Positions 40,605 through 49,651 of a stretch of 64,000 nt of DNA are shown here, piece after piece; the stretch's first letter is position 1, and the number at the start of each line of letters is the position of its first letter. This stretch comes from an uncultured Pelagibacteraceae bacterium (GTDB taxonomy: Bacteria > Pseudomonadota > Alphaproteobacteria > Pelagibacterales > Pelagibacteraceae), in contig CACPPK010000002.1 of assembly GCA_902635845.1 (NCBI GenBank), forward strand, positions 18,713-82,712, given 5' to 3'. The position numbers and the translations under genes were made by a program. Under the pieces are notes generated by a model that was not told the origin of the DNA, made no database searches, and was given only the letters and a program-made list of their open reading frames with translations.

Positions 40605-40675
40605 TTATCCCTTTCTGAATTACCGGACAGGTTCTTTGGGTATAATCTCAGTCTGTTAAGACACCCCTTATAAAT
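40605..40675 (-). promoter_or_regulatory. TPP riboswitch (variant aptamer), translational
   Basis: Minus strand TTTATAAGGGGTGTCT-TAAC-AGACTGAGATTATACCCAAAGAACCTGTCCGGTAATTCAGAAAGGGATAAA; conserved UGAGA, ACCC and GAACCUG elements; SD sits inside P4/P1. Confidence 0.88.
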
Positions 40676-40721
40676 ATACTTAGTACATTTTGTTTATTAT
40701 GGAAAGTGTTTTTAAATTTAA

Positions 40722-41015
40722 TTATTTCCGAGTTTTATGGTTCATTATTTCGACCATACATTGTGTAGCGTATTCTCTCCACTCAGATGAAGTTTTGTTT
40801 TTTAAGCTATTTAAATGATTTCTGTTACTTTGAATGTCATCTTTATGCTTAATATAATCAGTTCCATTAAGGTTTTTTTCCATTTCAGACAAATTAGTTT
40901 CCATTGCCTTTATCCACTCGTTTCCAAGTTCAACACATTTTTGGTCATCTTTTTCATCACAAATTTGCTTAAAAAAATTAAAGATAACATCATCAGTGTT
41001 AACTGAAGCATTCAT
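40722..41015 (-). CDS. Hypothetical protein
   Basis: 97-aa helical ORF in line with its neighbours. Confidence 0.7.
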   Translation of the reverse strand: MNASVNTDDVIFNFFKQICDEKDDQKCVELGNEWIKAMETNLSEMEKNLNGTDYIKHKDDIQSNRNHLNSLKNKTSSEWREYATQCMVEIMNHKTRK

Positions 41016-41018
41016 TAA

Positions 41019-41543
41019 TTATTGTTTGCAGGTACCTATAGACTCTGGACCACAAGTTTGACCATTAGTCCACGTAGCTCCAGTTAAATTAGCTCCATCA
41101 AAATTAGCATTGGTAATGTTAGATGATGTAAAGTTGGCTTCCATTAAATTAGAGTTTTGAAAATTAGCTTCGATTAATGTTGCACCCATAAAATCCACTC
41201 TAGTTAAGTTGGCTCCAGTGAAATTAGTTTTTTCAAAATTTGCACCTATAGAAACAGACTCATAAAGATTAGCTCTTACAAATGTAGACTCTGGAAAAGT
41301 TCCAAATGATAGATTTGAAGTCATCATAATACTTTTATCAAAATTAACTTGAATAAAACTTGCAAATGAAAGATTTGAATTTGGAAGATAACTACCTTGT
41401 AAATCTTGAGAGTCTGAAAATCTACAATTAGAATAATCAACTCCTTCAGTTAAAGGATCGTCACACGCTGCATTTGAATTTGTAAAAAATAATAAACTGA
41501 ATACTACAAGTAAGATAATTTTTTTCATAAGAAAAGTTAACAA
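41019..41543 (-). CDS. Exported pentapeptide-repeat protein
   Basis: Signal peptide followed by A(N/D)(L/F)xx repeats with Cys caps; start may be MKK at 41528. Confidence 0.9.
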   Translation of the reverse strand: MLTFLMKKIILLVVFSLLFFTNSNAACDDPLTEGVDYSNCRFSDSQDLQGSYLPNSNLSFASFIQVNFDKSIMMTSNLSFGTFPESTFVRANLYESVSIGANFEKTNFTGANLTRVDFMGATLIEANFQNSNLMEANFTSSNITNANFDGANLTGATWTNGQTCGPESIGTCKQ

Positions 41544-41589
41544 ATAAAATATGTCAAAACAATGAATGATTTAAAGTTTAATAAAAATT

Positions 41590-42627
41590 TTAAATTCTTA
41601 CTTTTTTGCCAGTTTTAGCACTTTTTGTTATTGCTGCAAAAATTTTAAGAGAAATTAAACCATCATTTCCATTTACTTTAGGCTTAACTTTTTTTGAAAT
41701 TACATCAGCAAAGTGATCAATTTGATTAACTAATGTATTATCATCTTTTTTATTTTTATCTTCATTAACAAATATCTTATTCCACCAACTTCTCTCTTTT
41801 TTATAAAACCAATATTTAAGGTTAGGAAACTGTAGAGAACCTTTGGTACCACCGATCATATATGCAGATTGGTTAGTAATTGGATAAGCGGGATTTTCTC
41901 CAGCAGTTAATTCATAACTCCATGGTGCAACAATTGTATCTGATAAATTTAATGTGCAAAGTGCTCCTGAATTAAAGATCAGGCTTATTGTTGCTGTATC
42001 TTCAACTATAAATTTTCTAGTTTTATTAGTTGTAAAGGCTTGAACGTATTTAATAGATCCAAGTAAATAACAAATCATATCGATATCATGGACTAAATTG
42101 ATCCCTAGAGGCCCTCCTCCTTTGCTTATTCTCCATTTTTCTTTGTAATAAGCTTTGTGTTTATAAAGCCAACACAACACATTTGCTGAAACAATTTTTC
42201 CCAGTTTTCCTTTGTCGATAAGACCTTTTACCTTTGATACTATTGAGTTATGTCTTCTGTGATACCCTATCAATAGCGGTGTTTTATTTTTATTAGCACT
42301 ACTTATAATTTTTTTAGCTGAATTAATATTATCTGAAATAGGTTTTTCCAATAACACTGGAATTTTTTTCTTTAAAAAACCGACTGTATGCTTTTTATGG
42401 AGTTGATTTGGGGTAGCAACAATCACTGCATCTAAATTTTTTGAGTTTAAAAGTTCATCTACATTTGAATATAGTGGAATTTTATATTTTTTTGATAAAT
42501 TTTTAGCGTTATTACTAATATCTACTATCGAATGGAGATTAGCTTTTTTTGATTTTAAAATTGCCTTTATGTGCTGCAATCCCATTAATCCAGTTCCAAT
42601 AATTGATATGTTTATTTTTTTATTCAT
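41590..42627 (-). CDS. Gfo/Idh/MocA family oxidoreductase
   Basis: IGTGLMG, EKP, GYHRR and INLVHDID. Confidence 0.9.
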   Translation of the reverse strand: MNKKINISIIGTGLMGLQHIKAILKSKKANLHSIVDISNNAKNLSKKYKIPLYSNVDELLNSKNLDAVIVATPNQLHKKHTVGFLKKKIPVLLEKPISDNINSAKKIISSANKNKTPLLIGYHRRHNSIVSKVKGLIDKGKLGKIVSANVLCWLYKHKAYYKEKWRISKGGGPLGINLVHDIDMICYLLGSIKYVQAFTTNKTRKFIVEDTATISLIFNSGALCTLNLSDTIVAPWSYELTAGENPAYPITNQSAYMIGGTKGSLQFPNLKYWFYKKERSWWNKIFVNEDKNKKDDNTLVNQIDHFADVISKKVKPKVNGNDGLISLKIFAAITKSAKTGKKVRI

Positions 42628-42628
42628 T

Positions 42629-43612
42629 TTATGAAATATTGATTTTTGTAAAGTACTTATAAAGTTTTTTGGGTTTAATTAAAGTACTTGGAAAATTTTT
42701 ATTATTCGGTGCATCTGGATAGTGTTGAGTTTCCAAACAAACACCCTGGTAAGGAGTAAGTTTATTTTTGTATCGCAAACCCTGACTAGTATAAAGTTGT
42801 ACCCCAGGAAGATTTGAATAAAAATCTAATTGAGTATTGGTTTTTTTATTTTTTAATGAGGCTAAATAATTTTTGGAATTTTTTTTAACACAAAATGTTA
42901 AATCAAATCCTAATGCATTTATTTTATTTGGTATTATTTTTGTTTTTTCGTTTTTGATAATATTTATTTTTTCTCCAATATTTTGAAACTTAATGAAATC
43001 ATTAATAGTATTTTTAACTTTTTTAATTTTGCCAGTTGGGATCAATTCGTTGTTTACTTCAAGATATTTTTCTGAATTAATTTTTAAATCATGATTAAAA
43101 ATTGTCTCTTTTTTATTTTTATTTAAATTCCAATAACTATGATTTGTTAAATTAACATGCGTTAATTGATTTGTTTTATATTTGTATTTAATAATTAAAG
43201 TTTTATTTTTAATTTCAAAAATACACTCTGAATTTAGATCTCCTGGAAAACCTTGGTCTAAATTTTTAGATAGCAGTTGATAAATAATTTTAGTTTTTGA
43301 ATGATTTTTTATTTTCCATTCTAATCTATCAAATCCTATTTTTCCTCCATGCAGTGTATTTCTTCCTTCATTGCCATCGAGTTTGTAAGTTTTATTTTTA
43401 ATCTTAAATTTCGAATTTGATATTCTTCCTGAGTACCGACCACACGTAGCACCTACATAAAAATTTTTACTGCTGTAATTTTTTGTAGGGCCTAAATTTA
43501 AGATTAAATTTATCCCTTTTTGCTTGTCAAAAACCTCATACAGACAGGCACCAATGTTAATAGATTTAATTCTTAGATACTTATTTTCTATTATTGAGCT
43601 TTGTACTTTCAC
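42629..43612 (-). CDS. galM: Aldose 1-epimerase (mutarotase)
   Basis: GRYSGRI, LHGG, NLTNHSYWNL and CLETQ. Confidence 0.9.
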   Translation of the reverse strand: MKVQSSIIENKYLRIKSINIGACLYEVFDKQKGINLILNLGPTKNYSSKNFYVGATCGRYSGRISNSKFKIKNKTYKLDGNEGRNTLHGGKIGFDRLEWKIKNHSKTKIIYQLLSKNLDQGFPGDLNSECIFEIKNKTLIIKYKYKTNQLTHVNLTNHSYWNLNKNKKETIFNHDLKINSEKYLEVNNELIPTGKIKKVKNTINDFIKFQNIGEKINIIKNEKTKIIPNKINALGFDLTFCVKKNSKNYLASLKNKKTNTQLDFYSNLPGVQLYTSQGLRYKNKLTPYQGVCLETQHYPDAPNNKNFPSTLIKPKKLYKYFTKINIS

Positions 43613-43620
43613 AAAGCCTA

Positions 43621-44382
43621 TTACAACCAGCCTTTATCAACAATATAAGATTGATTTGTACATCCACCTGATTGTTCTGATGAAAAAAACAATACTGCTT
43701 GAGCAAGCTCATGCGGTAATAATCTCGATTTTAAACATTGGTTTTTCATCAAGTCTTTTTCAGATTCCTCATTTAACCAAAGATCGATTTGTCTTTGTGT
43801 TAATACCCATCCTGGCACTACTGAATTAACTCTAATATTAAATTCTCCTAAATCTCTTGCAAATGATCTAGTTAAACCAACTACCCCTGATTTTGCAGCT
43901 GTATAAGCAGCCATACCACCTTGTCCAACCATCCAAGAGGAAGATCCTATATTGACAATTACACCACCCTTATTTTCAATCATTGATTTTTTAACTGACT
44001 GAACTGTGAAAAAATAATGTCTTAGATTTACATTCATTCTTTCATTCCAATATTCTTCTGTAACATCATCAATTTTGTGTCTTGTGTCATTAGCAGCATT
44101 ATTGATTAAGATATCAATTGGACCTTTTTGATCAATAATGTCCACAATTGTCTTTTGGAGTTGTTTTATATTTAATAAATCACATTCAATAAAAGTTGGT
44201 ATTGAATATTTTTTATTTTTTATATCTTCAATTAATTTTTCAGCTTCTGACACTTTAATATCTATAAAGTAAACCTCAGAACCTTGTTCACAAAAATGTT
44301 CAACAATTGAAGCCCCAATTCCAGATCCTCCGCCTGTTACAAATACTCTTTTGTTTTCGAGATCGTAATACTTTACCTTCAT
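43621..44382 (-). CDS. SDR aldose 1-dehydrogenase, Caulobacter XylB-like (copy 1)
   Basis: TGGGSGIG, NNAANDTRH, YWNERMNVNL, YTAAK and QCLK. Confidence 0.8.
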   Translation of the reverse strand: MKVKYYDLENKRVFVTGGGSGIGASIVEHFCEQGSEVYFIDIKVSEAEKLIEDIKNKKYSIPTFIECDLLNIKQLQKTIVDIIDQKGPIDILINNAANDTRHKIDDVTEEYWNERMNVNLRHYFFTVQSVKKSMIENKGGVIVNIGSSSWMVGQGGMAAYTAAKSGVVGLTRSFARDLGEFNIRVNSVVPGWVLTQRQIDLWLNEESEKDLMKNQCLKSRLLPHELAQAVLFFSSEQSGGCTNQSYIVDKGWL

Positions 44383-45161
44383 TATAATTCTAATTCTTGA
44401 GCAAGATCACCAATTTTTGCACCACCTGACATCAATCTTTTTACATCTTCACCACCAAGTTCTGAAGACAATCCTGAACCAATTACTTCTCCTAAACTTA
44501 AAAAAGTATATCGATCAGCTATAAGGCGTGCATGAATTTCATTGTGTGTAATAAGTATAATTGCAATATTTCCAAGTCTTTGAACTTTTTTTATTGTTTT
44601 TAAGACTTCCATTTGCTGCTTTTGACCTAATGCTGATGTAGGTTCATCTAATATTAGTATCTTTGCACCAAAGTAAATTGCTCTTGCAATAGCCAAAGTT
44701 TGTCTTTGTCCACCTGACATTGTTCCAACTGGTTGGTTGGGGTTTGAAATGTTAATACCAATTTTAGACATTTCTTCTGTTGTTATTCTATCCATCTCAT
44801 CCATTTGCATTAAGCCAAATGGGCCAGGTCCTTTTTTTATTTCACGTCCAAGAAAAAAATTTCTTGTTACTGATGTTAGAGCATTGAGTGCTAAATCTTG
44901 ATAAACTGTACCAATACCTGCATCAGATGCTTGTCGCGGTGTAGAAAAATTAACAGTTTCTCCATCAACTTTTATTTCTCCACTTGTCATAAGATGAACT
45001 CCGGATAACACTTTGATCAAAGTTGACTTTCCAGCTCCATTATCACCTAAAAGAGCATGAACTTCTCCTGGATAGACATCTAATGAAACACCATTTAAAG
45101 CAGTAAACGTTCCAAATTTTTTTACTACATTCTTTAGTTCAATTAATGGTTTTCTATCCAT
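44382..45161 (-). CDS. Sugar ABC transporter ATP-binding protein (single domain)
   Basis: GDNGAGKS, VYQDLAL, MSGGQRQ and DEPTSAL. Confidence 0.92.
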   Translation of the reverse strand: MDRKPLIELKNVVKKFGTFTALNGVSLDVYPGEVHALLGDNGAGKSTLIKVLSGVHLMTSGEIKVDGETVNFSTPRQASDAGIGTVYQDLALNALTSVTRNFFLGREIKKGPGPFGLMQMDEMDRITTEEMSKIGINISNPNQPVGTMSGGQRQTLAIARAIYFGAKILILDEPTSALGQKQQMEVLKTIKKVQRLGNIAIILITHNEIHARLIADRYTFLSLGEVIGSGLSSELGGEDVKRLMSGGAKIGDLAQELEL

Positions 45162-46756
45162 TATATATTTCCCATAATTCGTTTTCTAATATTCTCATTT
45201 GTGAGAGCAGCAGTAACAAGAACAGCTCCAAGGAATACTCTATAGAATGATCCATCAATTCCTGGAATATAAAAGAAAGCTTCTTTTGCTATTCCAAAAA
45301 TAATTGTACCTAGAATAATTCCGCCTATTGTACCAAAACCTCCTGTTAGCACGACACCACCAATAACTGCTGCAGCAATCGCTTCTAATTCTTTTAAATT
45401 ACCTTTAGCTGTATCCGCAGTATTAACTTCAAATACTTGACAAGCTGCAAACATAGTTGCGCAGAATGCAGTATTCACAAATAGTGAAATCTTAACTTTG
45501 TTTGTTGGCACACCATTAGCCTTTGCAGCACTAAGATTTCCACCAGTTGAATAAATCCAGTTACCTGCTTGAGTTTTGCTCAAAATAAAATAAAAAATTA
45601 GAGCGATAAGTGCCCAAATCATTAAACAAGAATACATTCCTTTAGCAAAAATATTCCCATAGTTATTTACATTCCAATCTGCTGTAAAATATAACCAATT
45701 AAAAATTGGTTCCATTATGTCGCCTCCAAAGAAGTTAGCGACTGGTCTTGCAGTATATATTGTATCAATATAAGCTTTTGCTATATCAATATCAGTAACT
45801 GCTTTTGCTGCAACTTCAGGAACATTAACTCCAGCCTCTATTTTCTTTGTCAAAATTTCCACCATTGAATCATTGCCAGATTTTTTTGCTCCAGCTAAAG
45901 ATTTTTCTAAAGTTGCAATCATTTTTTCTGAATTTGAGGCAGTTTTGAAAGCTGCAACTTTTTCGTTAATATATGTTAATTTTTCAGTTAATTTTGCTAC
46001 CGTGCTTGCCGGCACAGTGCTAAGAATTTCTAATAATTGGTCATTTGGTAAAGCTTTAGCCGCATCCCTTTCCATTTCTCCATGACCTGGTACATTTATA
46101 ATGTTTTTAATATCTGGTAAATCTGTAACAGTTGTTGATCCAGCAGTTTGATCAGGGGCTCTGTTAAATGCTCTATAGGATACTTCTGTTAAACCTCTTA
46201 AAAAGAAAAGTCCACCTAGTGTAACAATGAAAGAAGCTATTCCACTTTTAACTATTATCCATCCCTGAATCCATCCAAAAGATAGAGTCATGCATAAAGT
46301 AATTAATATTGCTAGTAGTGGAGATACATCTCTTATTTCAAATAATCTTAATCCCTCAAAATGAAAACCTCCTTCAAAAGATATATAAGGAATAACAACA
46401 GCAAAACCCCATTTTAGTATCATTGCCATACAACCACCAGCAAAACCAATCATTGAACCGACGGAGAGATCAAATTCACCTGCTATAATTAACATTCCAG
46501 CAGCAAGTGCTACGATTCCTAATTGAGCAATTACCCTAAAATTATTTCTAATTCCTAAAGCGTTAAATCCTTCACCAGAAAAAGGATTAAGAGAAAATTG
46601 TCCTTCTGGAATTGAAAAGTATCCCAACATACAAAAAAGTAAGACCATCACACCAAAAGGTCCGATCTCTGGACGAGAGGTTAACGCGGAATACCATTTT
46701 TTCTCTCCTTGTCTGTCTGACTCTTGTCTTGGTTTTTTTGTTGTTGATGTATTCAT
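45161..46756 (-). CDS. Sugar ABC transporter permease (RbsC type) with a large soluble insertion
   Basis: GEFDLSVGS, SFIVTLG and ELEAIAAAVIGG; 531 aa. Confidence 0.9.
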   Translation of the reverse strand: MNTSTTKKPRQESDRQGEKKWYSALTSRPEIGPFGVMVLLFCMLGYFSIPEGQFSLNPFSGEGFNALGIRNNFRVIAQLGIVALAAGMLIIAGEFDLSVGSMIGFAGGCMAMILKWGFAVVIPYISFEGGFHFEGLRLFEIRDVSPLLAILITLCMTLSFGWIQGWIIVKSGIASFIVTLGGLFFLRGLTEVSYRAFNRAPDQTAGSTTVTDLPDIKNIINVPGHGEMERDAAKALPNDQLLEILSTVPASTVAKLTEKLTYINEKVAAFKTASNSEKMIATLEKSLAGAKKSGNDSMVEILTKKIEAGVNVPEVAAKAVTDIDIAKAYIDTIYTARPVANFFGGDIMEPIFNWLYFTADWNVNNYGNIFAKGMYSCLMIWALIALIFYFILSKTQAGNWIYSTGGNLSAAKANGVPTNKVKISLFVNTAFCATMFAACQVFEVNTADTAKGNLKELEAIAAAVIGGVVLTGGFGTIGGIILGTIIFGIAKEAFFYIPGIDGSFYRVFLGAVLVTAALTNENIRKRIMGNI

Positions 46757-46781
46757 TTAAAAAAAAGGTTTGTTGATTTAT

Positions 46782-46815
46782 AAAAAAAAAGGGCCGATTT
46801 AGAAATCGACCCTTT
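46782..46815 (-). terminator. Intrinsic terminator between the sugar SBP and permease genes
   Basis: GGGTCGATTT-CT-AAATCGGCCC followed by a T9 tract on the minus strand. Confidence 0.8.
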
Positions 46816-46828
46816 AAATTATTACTGA

Positions 46829-47734
46829 CTATCTGTCAATTCCTGCAAGAGCAGCAACTGAAGAAGCGTTAGACTTATCAACGAAGCCAGGTCCTGATGG
46901 GATGTTAGCTCCTGGAAGAAGTCCAGCACTGTTATTGTACAAGTGTAATACGATAATTGGCATATAACCTTGTAGTCTTTGTTGTTGATCGATAGTGAAA
47001 GAAACTCTTCCAGATCCGATTAAGTCCATAACTGCAGGACTCAAGTCGAAGCAAGAGTGGTGCACTGTCATACCAAGATCAACTAAAGCTTTATCAACAG
47101 CTTCACATACGTGTGGTCCTACTGAAAGGATCGCATTGATATCACTGTTAGCTTGTAAAGCAGCAGTAGCTCTAGTTTGAATAGTTGCAGGGTCAGATGT
47201 AGTATCAGTCATTTGCATAGGAACAGCAGAACCGTAACCTTCACATCTGTCTACAAGAGCTGTGTTGTATGCTTCTTGAATCATACATAATGCTTTAGTA
47301 GCACCTTCAGCTTTTGCTCTTTCACCAGCTTTTTGTCCAGCAAGTAATTCAGGCTGACCAACGTGCATTAAAGCACCTAGTTTAGCAGAAGACTCTAAAC
47401 CAGAGTTCATTGTAATTACTGGAACACCAGCAGCAACAGCAGCTTTAATAGCTGGGCCTAATGCATCTGGGTCTGGTAAAGAAATTACCATTCCATCTGG
47501 TTGAGTAGCTGCAGCAGCTTGAATTGAGCTTGCCATATCAGCCATATCAGCAGAAGGGTTGTAGATATATTCGAAGTCAGCACCGATTGCTCTAGCTGCA
47601 TCTTCACCACCTTTTTGAACTACTGGCCAAAAAGGATCTTTACCTTCTCCATGAGTGACCATGACATATCTTTCAGCGAAAGCAGAAGTTGCAAATAATG
47701 CAAGAGCTGCAATCGAAAGTATAAGTTTTTTCAT
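46829..47734 (-). CDS. Sugar/cyclitol ABC substrate-binding protein
   Basis: Signal peptide; DPFW, VITMNSG, HVGQ and IDQQ..LQGY motifs. Confidence 0.9.
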   Translation of the reverse strand: MKKLILSIAALALFATSAFAERYVMVTHGEGKDPFWPVVQKGGEDAARAIGADFEYIYNPSADMADMASSIQAAAATQPDGMVISLPDPDALGPAIKAAVAAGVPVITMNSGLESSAKLGALMHVGQPELLAGQKAGERAKAEGATKALCMIQEAYNTALVDRCEGYGSAVPMQMTDTTSDPATIQTRATAALQANSDINAILSVGPHVCEAVDKALVDLGMTVHHSCFDLSPAVMDLIGSGRVSFTIDQQQRLQGYMPIIVLHLYNNSAGLLPGANIPSGPGFVDKSNASSVAALAGIDR

Positions 47735-47994
47735 TATTTCCCTCTTAAGTTAATTTAGTTAATATATATATATTAATTATTTGAACGGGATATAAACATA
47801 TCCAAACACAATTCGTAAAGTAAAAAATAAAAAATTTTAAAAATTTATATATAATATCTATACCTAATTTTATCTTTGGCAGATTGATATGAATTCAACT
47901 CTTGGTTGATATTAATTTTATTAAAATTTTTCTACTGTTATGGTGTTTTTTAAAAAATTTAATTTTTTTTATACTAAATTTAGAATTGAACTTT

Positions 47995-48897
47995 CTAATA
48001 TGTCGCGCTTCTTCCTAATCTTGCAGCTCCTCTAACTCCACTAGCGTCTCCGTATCTAGGTTTTAAAAAAACACCTTCGTATTCTCTACCAATAACAAAT
48101 TTTCTAACTAGTGAATCTATTTCATGTAAAAAATCTATTTCATTTGAAACTCCTCCTCCAAAGATAAAAGCATCAGGATCTAAAATATTTATGATGCTTG
48201 AAAGTGACATTGCCAAATTTACTTTAAAATCATCTATAAATCTTTCTGCATCTAAATCATGTTTTCTGTTCAGTTCAAAAATTTCATTTGTTTTTAAATT
48301 TTTTCCATAAAGTTTCTTAAATCTTTTTGCTAAACTTAAACCGGATAAAAAACTTTCAATCTCTGCTTCCCTAGCATTGCTTGAGTCAAAATTTTCTTTC
48401 TTAGCTGCAAAATATGGAATTTGGTTGTGTCCCCATTCCCCTGCTACTCCATTCGAGCCTGTAATAATTTTTTTATCTATTACTAAACCACCTCCAACTC
48501 CTGAGCCTAATATAATTCCATAAACAATTTTGTAATGTTTACCTGATCCATCTATAGCTTCTGATAAAGAAAAACAGTTTGCATCATTTTCACAAAATAC
48601 TTCTTTTCCAAGTGCTTTACGTAGATCACTTTGAAATGGTTTTTTTTCTAACCAAGATATATTTGGAGCATTTTTTACTAATCCAGTTTGAGGAGAATGA
48701 ACACCTGGATGACAAACTCCAATTGGAAGTTCTTGTTTAAACTCTTGTTCTAATTGTCTATGAATATCTCTTATAGCAGTTATAATTTGGGTATACTCCT
48801 TTGGACACGATATTCTTGATCTGTATTTTTCGTTCCCATTTTCTTCAAGAACAACACTCTCTATTTTGGTTGCACCAACATCAATACCTACTTGCAT
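47995..48897 (-). CDS. ROK family sugar kinase (Mak/fructokinase-like)
   Basis: GIDVGATK, ENDANC, GEWGH and GDASGVRGAA; no HTH. Confidence 0.88.
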   Translation of the reverse strand: MQVGIDVGATKIESVVLEENGNEKYRSRISCPKEYTQIITAIRDIHRQLEQEFKQELPIGVCHPGVHSPQTGLVKNAPNISWLEKKPFQSDLRKALGKEVFCENDANCFSLSEAIDGSGKHYKIVYGIILGSGVGGGLVIDKKIITGSNGVAGEWGHNQIPYFAAKKENFDSSNAREAEIESFLSGLSLAKRFKKLYGKNLKTNEIFELNRKHDLDAERFIDDFKVNLAMSLSSIINILDPDAFIFGGGVSNEIDFLHEIDSLVRKFVIGREYEGVFLKPRYGDASGVRGAARLGRSATY

Positions 48898-48899
48898 AA

Positions 48900-49649
48900 C
48901 TAATATGTGGCTCTTCCACCACTTAAATCAAAAACTGCTGCAGTTGAAAATGAATTTTCTTCGCTGGCTAACCAAGTCACTAATGATGCTAATTCTTCAA
49001 CTTTTGCAAATTTGTTTCTAGGAATTTTTGATAACATATAATTTATATGTTCTTCTGTCATTTGATCAAATATCCTGGTCTTTGCTGCTGCTGGTGTTAC
49101 ACAATTTACGGCTATATTTTTTTGCGCAAGCTCTTTGCCTAGAGATTTTGTTAAACCTATAACACCTGCCTTAGATGTACTGTAAGCGCTTGCATTTGGG
49201 TTTCCTTCTTTACCTGCTATAGACGCAATATTTACAATTCTTCCATAATCATTCTTAGCCATAAATGGTACAACTGCTTTGCAACAGTAAAAAACTGCAT
49301 TTAAGTTTAAGTTAATTACCTTATCCCACTCTTCTATTGGATATTCTGCAACTGTAGTGTTCATTCCAGCCACACCCGCATTGTTAATAAAGATATCAAT
49401 CTTACCATGTGATTTTTCAACTTCAGATAATTTTGAATTTATTGCTTCATAGTTGCTCACATCAACTATTTGATAAATTAAGTTTTCAGAATTTACTTTT
49501 TCTAAAGCTTTTTTGGCTTCACCTTCGTCAATATCCCAAATTACTACTTTAGCTCCAGACTCAATAAATCTTTCAGTGATAGCTAAACCAAATCCTTGAG
49601 CTCCACCTGTTACAATTGCTACTCTATTTTTCAAATCATATTTAATCAT
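48900..49649 (-). CDS. SDR, 2-keto-3-deoxy-sugar-acid 4-dehydrogenase (LRA5)-like
   Basis: TGGAQGFG, SIAGKEGNPNASAYSTSK and DLSGGRATY, matching the LRA5-type subfamily as recalled. Confidence 0.78.
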   Translation of the reverse strand: MIKYDLKNRVAIVTGGAQGFGLAITERFIESGAKVVIWDIDEGEAKKALEKVNSENLIYQIVDVSNYEAINSKLSEVEKSHGKIDIFINNAGVAGMNTTVAEYPIEEWDKVINLNLNAVFYCCKAVVPFMAKNDYGRIVNIASIAGKEGNPNASAYSTSKAGVIGLTKSLGKELAQKNIAVNCVTPAAAKTRIFDQMTEEHINYMLSKIPRNKFAKVEELASLVTWLASEENSFSTAAVFDLSGGRATY

Positions 49650-49651
49650 CT

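Noticed and set aside
41050-41400. Quasi-periodic DNA
   Set aside because: Explained by pentapeptide-repeat coding; not a CRISPR or DNA tandem repeat.
43524-43829. 101-aa plus-strand ORF across the galM/SDR junction
   Set aside because: Antisense to two real genes with implausible composition.
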